DNA of 64,000 nucleotides from Octopus bimaculoides (Eukaryota), in the NCBI RefSeq assembly GCF_001194135.2, contig NC_068989.1, forward strand, positions 70,507,185 to 70,571,184, in the 5' to 3' direction. Both the position numbers and the translations under genes were made by a program. The notes under the pieces were generated by a model. That model did not search any database and was not told the origin of the DNA. It worked only from the letters and a program-made list of their open reading frames with translations. This document shows, in pieces, positions 1 to 12,062 of the stretch (position 1 is the first letter of the stretch; each line of letters opens with the position of its first letter).

Positions 1-729
1 CTCCTCCCCCGTCCTCCTTCTGCGTGGGTTTATCTCCACGCCTCTCTGACCTGAGAGCAGCGTAGTTAGAACTGTAAGTATCTATAACACTAGACCTTCG
101 TACAGATGTATGTGGGGAGCCTTCTGCTGTGGGGGTGGCTGACCCCGAGCTTGAAGCTGCTGATTTGGTTGCTGTGATAGGTGCTTTCAGGGGCTTGGAG
201 ACTTCTGGAACAGCATACTCAACAACTACTTTATTATTACTTGTCCGTGCCGAGGATAGATGTATGCCAAGACCTCCTGTGATGATCCCACTGTCACCAT
301 CTCTCAATATCATAGGATTGGGAGGGCTGTCAGTGCCACTCAAGTGTCTTCTGTGCTTTGTTCCAGGAGAATGTTGCATAGAATGGTCTGGCTGAGACAA
401 TTTCACAGATTTAGGTGATGCTGGAGATAACGGGGGAGGCTGTTGTTGAGTAGGAATTGGTGGCTTGGGATGTCTCAGTAACGTCTGATGAGAAATAGGG
501 GATTGTTGAGGCGGCGCCATTTGCTGGGGCGCAGGCTGCTGTTGCTGTGCTTGTGGACCTGATGCTGGCAGACCTTGCTTCGATGGAGATGAACGCAGCT
601 TGTGAAGGACAGGAGGTAGTCCTACAGAACCAGTAGACACAGATGATGATCTTCTCACTGGAGGCGGGGGCTTAGAACCGCTTGTACGTCGTGAGGAACC
701 AGAAGCTGGTGGTTTTGATACAGGTAAAC
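1..729 (-). CDS. MTSS1: MTSS1/MIM-like exon A, Pro/Ser/Gln-rich region (GLPVSKPPASGSSRRTSGSKPPPPVRRSSS...); continues past the window edge
   Basis: Acceptor cttgttgtag|GT at 730/729. I translated it by hand and found no stop over 242 codons. Its phase 1 matches the upstream exon ending ACG GCA G, giving KRPASTAG-LP as in vertebrate MTSS1. GC content is higher than the flanks. Confidence 0.9.
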
Positions 730-832
730 CTACAACAAGAAAGTGAAATGTATTAGAAATCAGATTAAGAATATTAGGCAATATTTTCATTATGGGGGAG
801 AACAAAAAAAAGACAAAATAAAATCTAACAAC

Positions 833-856
833 CTAACAAAGAAATGAATTCTTCAG
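833..856 (-). CDS. MTSS1: Candidate 24-nt microexon (AEEFISLL), phase 1-1
   Basis: CTAAC branch point and pyrimidine tract ttgttctctctctgaccttttacag|; in frame with no stop; weak donor TAG|GTTGTT. Confidence 0.45.
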   Translation of the reverse strand: MKNSFLC

Positions 857-1572
857 CTGTAAAAGGTCAGAGAGAGAACAAATTGTTAGGAAACAGAGAT
901 CAAATTATGGAGAGGAGATATACAATAAGATTGAAATAAATATATTGAGAAATATTGAAAGCTTACAACAGAACCATGAACATAATATTAGTAAGTTAAA
1001 TTTTTCAAAAAAAAAAAAAAAAATTCTACACAATAAGCATTAATAAACACAGTTATGTTAATTATTAACCAACTAATTAAATGCCAATGCAAAATAGTTT
1101 GAAGTTAAATGCTTAATTAATGATAATTTTAAAATATTAGGGTTAATAAAAATATTCGATCAGGATTGAAGAATCCAAGATAATGGTCAATTCTAATACT
1201 TATTAATTTGTTGAAATTAGGTTCTCCAGACTTCTTAGTATTCCCGAGATTCATTTCCATTTGCAGAGAATAGTCTTGGTGTCCTGAAGGAATGCTTTAG
1301 GATGGTGATTTGTTCTATTGTCAGGGTCACCTGAGCTTTTTAAAGCACCAATAACTTGTTAGGGACTGAAATGTGAAATATCTTCTTGCCTTCAAGAGAA
1401 TAGCCAATCACTAGGATATTTGTAATACCCTGTTTCTTCAATCTTCTTGTACAGTAATAATGATGAGGGCTTTAATTGTCCGCTTTAATTGTCCGCTTTA
1501 ATTGCCACTTCATGACTGAAGCTTGTAAGTTTAACAATAATACTTCTAATTACTAATTCTTTCTAATTTTAG

Positions 1573-1741
1573 CATCATCATCAGCATCATCATCATCATC
1601 GTTTAACGTCCGCTTTCCATGCTAGCATGGGTTGGACGATTTGACTGAGGACTGGTGAAACCGGATGGCAACACCAGGCTCCAGTCTAATTTGGCAGAGT
1701 TTCTACAGCTGGATGCCCTTCCTAACGCCAACCACTCGCAT
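1573..1741 (-). mobile_element. Retroposon family D (RTE-tail-like, (ATG)n tail), 3' part
   Basis: catcatc-gtttaacgtccgctttccatgctagcatgggttgg...ggatgcccttcctaacgccaaccact recurs at several sites in the window. Confidence 0.7.
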
Positions 1742-1952
1742 AAGCCCAGCAATTTTGAGAGGAGGGGGGGGGGACAAGTTGATTAAAATGACTTCAATAT
1801 TTGACTGGTACTTCATTTTATTAACCTCAGAAGGATGAACGGTAAAGTTGACTTTGGCAGAGTTTGAACTTAGAACATAAAGAGCCAGACAGAGGAAATG
1901 GTGCTAAGCAATTTTTTCAATGCACTAATGATTGCACCAGCTCACTACCTTT
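1742..1952 (-). mobile_element. tRNA-derived SINE family A copy
   Basis: Shared core ggtac..ttttat.gacc..gaaggatgaa.ggcaaagttgac..ggcagaatttgaact, seen about 20 times in the window. Confidence 0.8.
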
Positions 1953-2774
1953 TTAATAAGTAACGAATACAAAGATTATAAATTATATTCTTAACATGTC
2001 CTTTAAGATGGTTTTCTTTTACATATTGGGGTATAAAGTTAGCTTACATCACTTTAGCATTCAGAATTCTTTGTCAAGCATAATGCTTGTTTATTCCCAC
2101 TGTTTTGAATTAATCATGCATTATTTTGTACCTTGAAGATTTCAATGATGAGTTTGTATATTTTTAGAATGACATTGCAGCACAGGCATAAGAGGTTGGA
2201 TCTGGTCAGTTTTAACATAAAACAGATAGAATATTATGGCTGGATTAAATGCTAAAGGGTTGAGAAGAAACTGGTTGTATTTTGTTGAATGATTATATAT
2301 TTGTATCTATCATAGTTCAGAGATTATCAAGTTGATAAATAAGCCAGACATTGTTATTTCAACAAGTACTGAATCTGTTAGTCATATTACTTGAAGAACA
2401 ACTGTTTTTTTTCTTTTTTGTAATTAGTAATTATTGATTATTAATCTTATTTTTGTCTTCGTACATTAAGAAAGGAACCTATGTACGTCAAAACTGTAGC
2501 AGAAATCAAAGATGAAGAGATTATTTGAGTAATAAATATTAAGGCATAACTGAAACAGGGAACTGGAATGGTGTTCTAGATATTGATAATTGTCTTCACA
2601 TTAGGAAAATGATTTAACTGATGAAGCTGTCTAATTAATAAGAAATTGATATCTTTGCAGTCACAAAACTGGTAAGAATGGCCCAAAGTATTGACTGAAA
2701 TATCAGTGAATAAGCAACTTTTGTTTCATTTGTTTATCACACTCAATATAAATGAATTACAATAAAAGATTTGA

Positions 2775-2806
<32 letters not shown>

Positions 2807-3319
2807 AGGTTAATGTTAGTAATTAGTCATACAACATTTATTGAATTTAATCTAAATTCAAAATCAATACAAAAAAAAAATGTGCAAATAGACATTTATA
2901 GAAAAACAAACAAAAAACACATTTAAATATCTAAATCGTTTTTTGTAAAAGTGAGGGGTGATTATCAACAGGTGGCAACATTGGGAGTGTACATAGACAT
3001 CACATGATCTCTAGAAACTATAAGGAGATAAAAAAATTAGCTGCAAAATCAAGCAAATAAAGTGGTTTCACCTCATTAGTATTGTTTTGTATATTGCTTG
3101 TATGTTAAGGATTGAACATACAAAATCATTATTTAGTTGTTAATTAGGATATTTCTAAAAATAACAAATGTTGATCAGCACAACATTTTTGGGTTAATTA
3201 TTGAAGAAACAATCAAATTTAGAGTAAACTACTTTAAGCTTTACAGATATTTAAGAACATCACAAAGTTCAATTGAAACTGCTGTGTGAAATGGAGCAAA
3301 ATTCCTTCTGCACTCATGC

Positions 3320-3520
3320 CTGTGCTACATGAACTGCACTTGTGCCAGTAACACATGGGAGGCACCTGTGCTGGTAGCATGTAGAAAGCACCCAGCACAC
3401 TCTGTAGAGTGGTTGGTATTAAGAAAGGCATCGAACCATAGAAACCATGCCGAAACTGACAATTGGAGCCTGGACAGCTCTCAGGTTGGCTAGCTTCTGT
3501 CAAATCCATGCCAAAACTTT
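3320..3520 (+). mobile_element. Retroposon family D copy
   Basis: gagtggttggtattaagaaaggcatc...gtagaaaccatgcc...ttctgtcaaatccatgcca; reverse complement of the copy at 1573-1741. Confidence 0.6.
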
Positions 3521-4439
3521 TGTTTTTCAATTTTTGATTGTTAAATAGTGCTGAAACCTAACAGAATGCTAACTTGGTTAACCACTTTACTTCCCTGGTG
3601 GTTTATCAAATAAAAAACCTGTGAGTAAAGTTAATAAAACAATTGGTGGTGGTAGTGATGGGATAAATAAAAAAAAGCTGTGAAAAAGCATGAAAGTCTA
3701 AATGGTAATAGAAAAATGTTGGAGGGTTAAAAGTTAATGTGGAAACATGGAAGAAAAAACCAACAAAATGGAACAAAATGAAAGGACAAAAGCATTGAAT
3801 CATGCTTATTGCTTGGGTAAAAGCATATAAAAAACGTGTTTAAATTGAAACAGTAAACACACACAAAAGGAAAAAAAAAGCCAGCACAATAAACCATGAT
3901 TAGGATACAGGAGAGAGAAAAAAAAGCAAAAACAATGGGAGTTACAAGTTTTTATAAAACATGACAGCCTTATGCAAAAAGGTAAATATTTGCATTAAAA
4001 ATTGTTCATTTACATTAGAACTTAGTTAAAACAAAATGATTTCAGAGAAAAAAGAGAGAACATTCATTTTTTAAAAACATTTTTAAGTAAAAAAAAAAAA
4101 AAAGTTTCCTTGTTTAGCGTTATTATCATGATATGGACTAAATACTATTATATGATAAATTTATTTGATATATGAAAGTGAAAATACGTGCTATATATAG
4201 AGGTCTAACCCCACCATAGCTGTTCTCAAGCATGGTTGAAAAAGGAGGAGGGTGGTAAGCATAGGGTTAACAGTGCATCACTATCAAATTTCTATCTACA
4301 TGGCTGTTGAAACTAGTCTTGGTAAGGGGAAGTAATCCTCAGAGACTGCATATGAAGCAATGTAGTGTAAGCAGAAAGGAAGCTACAATGCGGAGCAACT
4401 GTCTTGCATCAAGGACAACCAGATGATCGAGAACAAGGA

Positions 4440-4615
4440 ACAACAGGACCTGCTCAGAACCAGACCCCAAGGCAGACCAAAATCAACAAGGAGAATGTCT
4501 ACAGAAGTTGTAGTAGTGAAAGACCACTACAACTGCAATCCATTACCAGAGATCGAGACAGATGGAGATATCTTGTCCAAGTCCTATGCTTCACATGGAG
4601 TCAAAAAGAATTAAA
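4440..4615 (+). mobile_element. RTE-clade LINE 3' end fragment
   Basis: Broken translation RPQGRPK...ITRDRDRWRYLVQVLC matches the RTE C-terminal pattern GRP..W..A.DR..WR.LV.ALC. Confidence 0.55.
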
Positions 4616-4847
4616 GGAGAGAGAGAGAGAGAGAGGTCTATCATTGGTGATGTATGGCTGTATACATGGGTTAACTGGTGGTGTCTGGGTGTTTAGAAGT
4701 GTACCATTGGTGTTGTATGGGTGTATGGAGGTGTATTACTAGTTACCCCAGGTATCTATGCTTCATGATGTAATGTGCTTTGGAGATGTTGATAGTAAGC
4801 ACTGGGGAGATGAAAGGGAAGGTTAGGAACTAGTGCTGGAACAATGA

Positions 4848-5090
4848 AAATGAAGATCAGTGACAAATGCTAGAGAAATGAAAGTGAAAGTTAGTGACAA
4901 ATGGAGGTTAAGGTCAGTGACAAATGCTAGAGAAAAGAAGGTGAAGGTCAGTCATATGCTCTTAGATGATGGTGAAAGCAAAAGACAGTAACAACCACTG
5001 GAGAGATGCTGAAAGTAAAAGTAACAAGCACGAAAGAGACACTGAAGGGAGAAGTAAGTTAGAAAGCTGTGAAGGTGAAGGTCACCAACA
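4848..5090. repeat. Degenerate purine-rich minisatellite (gtcagtgacaaatgctagagaaa.gaa.gtgaa units)
   Basis: agtgacaaatg occurs three times and gaaggtgaaggtca twice. Confidence 0.6.
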
Positions 5091-5269
5091 AGCTTTATTC
5101 TGTGAGGTATCACGATGGAGGCCAAAATGTAATTATGCTGTGATTTGTGAAATGCCAGAGCAATGAAGTGGGTTTTCTGGAAGATGGAAACTAGTTGATA
5201 AATTGTTGCTAATAACAAAGATTTAAGCTTCTTTTAAAAGGATTTAAATTTAAAAAAAACAAAAAAACT

Positions 5270-5424
5270 GCAGGAGTGGGTGTGTAGTAAGAAGTTTGCT
5301 TCCCAAGCACATGGTTCCAGGTTCAGTCCCACTGCGTAACACCTTGGGAAAGTGCCTTCTATTATAGCTTTGGGCCAACCAAAGCCTTATGAGTGGATTT
5401 CGTAGATTGGAAACTAAAAGAAGA

Positions 5425-5460
<36 letters not shown>

Positions 5461-5688
5461 AGTATGTATGTATATGTGTGCATTTGTGTCTGTGTTTGTC
5501 TCCCCACCATCACTTGACAACCGATGTTGGTGTTTTTATGCCCCTGTAACTTAGCAGTTCTCCAAAAGAAACCGATAGAATAAGTACAAGGCTTACAAAG
5601 AATAAGTCCTGGGGTTGATTTGTTTGACTAAAGGTGGTGCTCCAGCATGGCTGTAGTCAAAAGACTGAAACAAATAAAAGAGTAAAGA
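5270..5688 (+). mobile_element. tRNA-derived SINE family B (CORE-like), full length with internal (TA)n
   Basis: A-box-like gtgggtgtgtagt, B-box-like ggttcagtccc, core accttgggaaagtgccttct, 3' end gactgaaacaaataaaag. Confidence 0.8.
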
Positions 5689-5719
5689 GTATTGGAATTC
5701 TAAGACTGAGAACATAAAT

Positions 5720-6090
5720 GCAGGCATGGCCAAGTAGTTAAGATTTCAGGATCAGTTCCACAGCATGGCACCATGGGTAACTGTCTTACTATAGCCCTCA
5801 GTTAGCCAAATTCTTGTGAGTGTATTAAACAGAAACTGTAAGAAACCCATTGTATAATATATATACATATATATTTTGTGTGTCTCCTTGCCTTGACATC
5901 ACACAATGGTTGTAAACAAGTGTTACCATAGCACAAGTGGTGTTAATTGTTTCCATTCCTCTGTGAAAATATGTCTGACCACCTTGCTTGAAATTGGATG
6001 AGGGCTGGTAACAAGGACAACTGACCATAGTAAAACTGCTATCTGCTTCAACCAATATTCCATCTGATCCATGCAGGTGTGGAAAAATGG
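5720..6090 (+). mobile_element. SINE family B variant with a different tail
   Basis: Degenerate B head followed by ttgacatcac...ggaaaaatgga, a tail also seen at 62630-62850. Confidence 0.55.
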
Positions 6091-6120
6091 ATAGTAAATT
6101 AATAATAGTGCACAATAAAT

Positions 6121-6333
6121 TAATTTCAAATTCTGGCACAAAGTCAGCAATTTCAGAAGGAGTTAAGTCAATTATGTTGACTGCCCAGTGTTCAACTGGT
6201 ATTTATTTTACTGACCCCAAAAGGATGAAAGGCAAAGTTAACCTTGGCAGAATTTGAATACAGAACATAGACAGATGAAATGCTGCTAAGCATTATGCCC
6301 AGCATGCTAACAATTCCCCCAGCTCACTGCCTT
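6121..6333 (-). mobile_element. SINE family A copy
   Basis: Family A core present. Confidence 0.8.
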
Positions 6334-6384
6334 AATGGTGTATGATATTTTATTAGCTGAAAAATATATGGAGGACTTCCATAT

Positions 6385-6597
6385 TCTTTTCTACTCTAGG
6401 CACAAGGCCTGAAATTTTGGGGGAGGGGGCCAGTCGATTAGATTAACCCCAGTGTGCAACTGGTACTTAATTTATCAGCCCTGAAAGGATGAAAGGCAAA
6501 GTCGACCTCGGTGGAATTTGAACTCAGAACAAAGACAGATGAAATACTGCTAAGCATTTTGCCTGGCATGCTAACGTTTCTGCTAGCTTGCTGTCTT
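6385..6597 (-). mobile_element. SINE family A copy with a perfect 15-bp TSD (ggaggacttccatat at 6370-6384 and 6598-6612)
   Basis: The TSD and a near-complete element are both read directly. Confidence 0.9.
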
Positions 6598-7056
6598 GGA
6601 GGACTTCCATATGGTGAAAGCTTTGTGCCTGGTACTTGACTTATTTCAACTGTCTTGATAGGATTCATTAGAAAGTCAAGTTAGATTAGATGGCAGGTAG
6701 CTAATTTACAGCATATCATATCTTTAGTTTCCTTGCATTATTTCAATGAAGCTCTACTGTTAATGAATTTGAAATGATTACATGTGCGCTGCATGCATGG
6801 AGATTGCAAGATGAAATGATGTTTAAGAGCTGCAGTAGCTAATATGCAAATTATATCAGAGCAAAATGTGTTCATGAAGTGTACAGAAAAGAAATGTTAT
6901 TTTTAACTTGTTTGGTGGGAGAAATGTTTGTGGTGGTTTTTAACTTAACCAGAAACAGCCATAAGCTAATAAAAGTGATTACTAAACTCCTGTTAGTTTA
7001 TTCTTCATTAATGTAAGTATATCTATTTGTAGTGTCTGTCTGTTGCTACCCTGGAG

Positions 7057-7126
7057 TTTTGTCTGTTCACAGGGTCATGAGGTAAGCTATGACTTGCCTG
7101 ATGACCCCACAGGTGTACAGGCAAAA
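7057..7126. ncRNA. Isolated pre-miRNA-like hairpin (about 30 bp stem, 6-nt loop, 4-nt bulge)
   Basis: ttttgtctgttcac/gtgtacaggcaaaa and agggtcatgaggtaag/cttgcctgatgacccc are complementary. Confidence 0.35.
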
Positions 7127-7725
7127 AGTGATTAACTTAATCGGAAAAAAAAACAAAAAAAAAACAAGACGTTAATCTCTACCATAGTATTGAGGTCTGT
7201 CTTCTGACTGACAATCAGCAACACTAAACATATAAATTGTGAAGTAACAATATAGAAAGTAATGTTATGAATAATTATTGTACTGATAGTAAATACAAAA
7301 AAAAAAAAAAAAATGAAATGACAGATATGCAAAAAAAAATTGGTCTGCTAAAACAATGGTCTTAAAGTTTTCTGACACGACTAAATAACAAAAATTTTAA
7401 GCCCATTGTCTTCCATATATGCATATGGATTTCCCCCTATTTTGACTATTTTGAACAAAAACATGCAACTATATATATATATATATATATCTACAAAGAC
7501 ATATATATACATACTTATATGCTAATAGTTGTATGTTTTTGTTCAAAGGAAGAGGAAAATTACAATTTGAGTAAAATATTCACACCATTAACGAATTAAT
7601 GCAGAGCAGATATATTTTCAAGAAAAAGAAAAAAAAGAACAAAAGTCACAATGAATTTTACAAATCTAGTCTCAATCCCTTTCATAGGATGCAGTTTTGT
7701 GAAAGTCATTGTCTTTGCATAAATA

Positions 7726-7737
7726 TATGTGTGTGTA

Positions 7738-7775
<38 letters not shown>

Positions 7776-7987
7776 CACATACACACAGAGTCTTATAATA
7801 AGGAGACACACACTTGTAATTATCATATATGTGTATTAGAAACTATATATGTTCCATTAGTAGAAGACACTGTGTATATATATATATACATACATATATA
7901 TATATACACACACACACAAATATATAAACATATATACATACATATACACATATATATATAAACATACATATATATACATACATTATA

Positions 7988-8025
<38 letters not shown>

Positions 8026-8100
8026 CATATAAACATATGTAGATATATATAAACATATATAGATATACACACATATCCATACATATATATATACCTACAC
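7726..8100. repeat. Compound (TG)/(TA)/(CA) microsatellite region
   Basis: Dinucleotide runs read directly. Confidence 0.9.
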
Positions 8101-8324
8101 ACAAATAATGGTTATTACATAAGGCTGCAAGTAACAAACAACTAAAACAAACGAAAGTAGGGAATCAAAAGGTTACAGAGGTGCCAACATCAGGTACGGT
8201 GAATCATTCTTTCTATTATTTTCGTTTTTTGTCTTTTTTTTTTTTTTGGAGAAATATCAATTGACAAATTGACATTGCTGAGTGACGAATGATACAGAAA
8301 CTTTCCTGAAATAGTAAAACACAC

Positions 8325-8453
8325 CTGCCGTGGATGCAGGCCGCTTATTTACCACCTCGGCCTTGTAGGCACTGACCATATCGCTGTTGTTACGAGGAAT
8401 GGTGAAGTATTTGTCGCAGTCACAGCTGCCCTCCGTGGGCGTTAGATCAAGGT
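8325..8453 (-). CDS. MTSS1: MTSS1-like exon B (DLDLTPTEGSCDCDKYFTIPRNNSDMVSAYKAEVVNKRPASTA)
   Basis: Acceptor tgtttacag|, donor GCAG|GTGTGT; 129 nt, phase 1-1; matches the MTSS1 motif KSSTIPRNSDISQSYRRMFQAKRPASTAG. Confidence 0.93.
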
Positions 8454-9654
8454 CTGTAAACAAACAGGAATTGAACAAAAATCAGGCTAAACTATAAGAG
8501 CATGCAGCCACAGTGAAAAAAAGAACAGTAGTAGAAGTAGTAGTAGCAAGGAATTTAGTAATCACAATGCAAATTGTTCAGACTGCAATCATGAATATTA
8601 CTAGTACTTAAAGAATAACAGAAATAAACATTTCCCGACCGAAAAGAAAAAAACCCCAAAAAACCCCAAAACAGATGGAATTATAGTAGTAGTAATAAAG
8701 ATAAAAAAAACATCAAGCAATTAAATTACATTATGCAAGAACCATTATATAGCTATCTAAAGACATACACATGAAGACAGCAAAATTTCCATTTTCCATT
8801 CATGGACTGAAGCATCAAAATTTTCATAGTACAACTGCAAACCTTGTCATTCACACAGTTTCACTGCATTAGTGACCCATTTTCCAGTTGTGCGATGGAA
8901 ATATACTGTGTCTTTAGACTGTTATAATGGTTTTCCTGTGATGTTATTTTTATTGCTTCAGTTTCAACATACAGTTTTAGATCATGGTACAACTTATTTA
9001 GTAATCATTTTAATGGAATCATGGGGAGATAATAGTAGCATTCAATGGATTTAGTAACCTTAAGCTATGTTCCAGAATCAATTTAGTAATATACTAATGA
9101 TGGAAATAACAGAAAACACTAAAATCCCAATTAGTAAAAGTGGTTTATCAAAAATAACAAAAGGAAGAGAATAGCGGGCATATATATGTCAAGACGTTTA
9201 AAAATAACTAAATCTGCTCACAATTATCTCCCTTAGACTCTGTATGCTCACACACACACTCGCACATAGAAAGACACACACACACACACACACCACAGAC
9301 AGACAGAGTTGACAGTATTTGGAAAATGTATGTTGATGAGGCAGATGTGGTTGTAATAGTAATGAGGAGAAACAACCCTAAGAATTTTAGGATTTAAACC
9401 AATAAAAAAACCCATGAAAACAAAGAACCTAAAACAATATGTAGATGTGAAGATTTAGAGAACTTTGGAATTCTTCAATGTTTTTTACATGCAAGACGTA
9501 TATCCGGTGCAAGTTATGTATAGTGGGAGATCTAGAGAGATAATGTGACCGCAACACATAAACTACTGGCCTGCTATAAGCAAGTTTTCCTGAATTTGAA
9601 CTATCAGACTGTGATATTTTGACTTGCTTTCAATGTTTTATCATTTAGAAAGGT

Positions 9655-9775
9655 GGTGAGCCGGCAGAATTGTTTGCACACCAGGCTGATAAAATAGGTA
9701 CCAGTTGAGCAGTGGGGTATATCTAATTGATCTACTCCTCTCCTGAAATTGCTGGCTTTGTGCCAAAATTTGAAA
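9655..9775 (+). mobile_element. SINE family A copy, internally deleted; the only plus-strand copy I found
   Basis: aaggtggtgagccggcagaattg head joined directly to gataaaataggtaccagttgagc...ctggctttgtgccaaaatttgaaa. Confidence 0.65.
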
Positions 9776-9845
9776 GCAATATTTTATTATTAGTGACAAT
9801 CATTGTGCTGTGTGGACTTAAGTTCATCCAGCTGAAGTCTTTCAT

Positions 9846-10773
9846 CCAGATGGTATCAAAAACTTCCCAGACTAGTTCTGTAGTGTGCCAACAGATGGCA
9901 GCATACAGTAGTGTGCCAACAGATGGCAGCATACAGTTGTATGCACAGTGAGAACTAGCAGTGACCTTCATGAGGCAGTGTGCTGAGTGACATCACTGTG
10001 TTTATTTCACAAGTTGTGAAATTTGTGATACCATGTATGCTGCCGTCTGTGATTTTGTCATGGACAGCTAATTGGAAGAAAGAGCCAACATGAAATTTTG
10101 CATTAAACTTGGGAAGTCTGCTACAGAAACATTGAGCATGCTTCAACAAGCTTACGGCGATGAGGCATTGGGCGATGATGCAATGGCATAAGTGCTTCAA
10201 AAGCAGAAGAATGTCCCTGGAAGATGATGAGCGACCTGGAAGACCTGCCACAAGCATCACCTCTGGAAATGTGGTATTGTGCATTGAGAATTCGTCTCCT
10301 AGGGTCCATCAATTGAGAGGTCTGCTGTGATGTTTTGAAGCATTTGGGGGAGGATATTCAGCAAAAGTGGCTGAATTTGTGGAGTGTGGAGAATTGGATT
10401 CTTCATGACGGCAATGCACCCTGTCACTGAGCTCTCCTCACTTATGAGTTTCTTGCCAAAAACAATATGGTATTGCTTCCGCACTCACCCTATTCAGCAC
10501 CTGTGAACTTCCATCTCTTCTCCAAGATGAAAATACAGCTCAAAAGTTGCCATTTTGACACCATTGTTAAGATCTAGAGCAAATCGCAGAAAGTCCTTGA
10601 CTTTCTTATGGAAAACTACTTCCAGGTGATTCCCAAAGTGGCAGGAATGCTGGCACCATGTATTGCTGTGCAAGGAGACTATTTCACAGGAGATGATGTT
10701 AAAACTTAGGTAAATAAGTTATTTTTTTTATCAAGCCATAAATAGTCGTGGAACTTTTTGATACCACTTTGTA
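9846..10773 (+). mobile_element. Mariner DNA transposon, internally deleted, with a decayed transposase
   Basis: TIRs tggtatcaaaaacttcccagacta (9851-9874) and tagtcgtggaactttttgatacca (10743-10766). Broken frames give KFCIKLGKSATETLSML, EDDERPGRP, ILHDGNAP, LPHSPYS and GDYF, all typical of mariner transposases. Confidence 0.85.
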
Positions 10774-11892
10774 TTGTTGGGTCATTTTTAAAAAATACAT
10801 TTAACTATTTAAAAAAAAAATGTGTCTTATATTGGTAAATACCATATAAAGTGTCAGAATATGCAAACCCATCTCTTTCATGCATAGTGGAGGGGGAGAG
10901 CTATTGACTTGCTAATCTTTGTAAGCTTCTACTATCAGATATCATGTGATCAACCAGACTATTAGCGGTTGTTAAACAACACAGGTCACAATGTGCCTTG
11001 CACTGTTTTTAGCCTTCAAATGATCTCACCCCACTGGCTAGGTAAGCAGGCTAACATTTCCCCTGTTCAAAGTTTATTGAAACAAATGCAGCACATTTCA
11101 ACAGTAATGTAACAAAAAGAGTTTAAAATGGTTCATAAAAATTAATTTGGATTCACCATAATGACTAAATCCATTATTTTCTCAAAGATCCTAACTTATT
11201 ATATCCCCTAAAAATTTTTTACTCGGAGATTCCAAAACCAAAGCTCCTAAGATGAATATAAACACTTGAAAATATAGTGCCACAGATCCGTTTAAAAATG
11301 TTTTTTTTTTTTTAGAAATTTGTGAAATTCTTATCAAAAATAGCTCCAGTGATATATATATATATCTATATATATAAGATAAAATGGAATCCAAGGAAAG
11401 TGGACTCTTTCTCTCAATTTATATAATATATGCAAAGATAACATCTTGAACAGGAGAAATAATTAATTATGTAAACAGTAAGATTGATAATTAAAATCTG
11501 CAACATACACACTCACACATTCAGATGTTTGTCTTGTGCACCATCTGAAAGTCAAGTTCTTACATCATACAACTGAGTATGCAAGCAAATAAAGTACACA
11601 TTTAATAATAGCAATACGGTACTATACCAAGCACAGGTATCATAACACAGCTAGACCATTTTCTGTTGGACAGCACAAGTATAGTGAAAAAAGAAAATGA
11701 ACTGAAGTGTCATCCAGCAGTGCTTTTCATTTCATACTGAGAAATTAATAGAGACTAAGATGACATCAAGGGACTACAATTTGGGACAGACAAAAACTAC
11801 ACATAACGATGCACAGACAGACTTATAAAATGACTAAAAATAATTCTGCAAGTCAAGCTCTTATACCATTCTAGTAAGTAGAAATATATATG

Positions 11893-12062
11893 TATGCATG
11901 AGGGGGTGCTGAAAAGTTCCTCACTTTGGATAAAAGAAAGTAAAGGAGGATCAGTTAATTATGACTTTATTCAACATATTCCCCTCTCAGATTTGCACAC
12001 TTATTACAGTAGTCTTTCAGTTTGTCTAAGCACTGTAAAAGAACTTGAAAGTTTGGGCCTCC
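11893..12062 (+). mobile_element. Mariner-type 5' end fragment
   Basis: ta-tgcatgagggggtgctgaaaagttcc resembles a mariner TIR. Confidence 0.45.

Noticed and set aside
129-395. 88-aa plus-strand ORF
   Set aside because: Antisense shadow of GC-rich exon A
7596-8137. ORFs rich in YI/VC/HT repeats here and at 17040-17480, 43333-43598 and 48507-48967
   Set aside because: Translations of dinucleotide microsatellites
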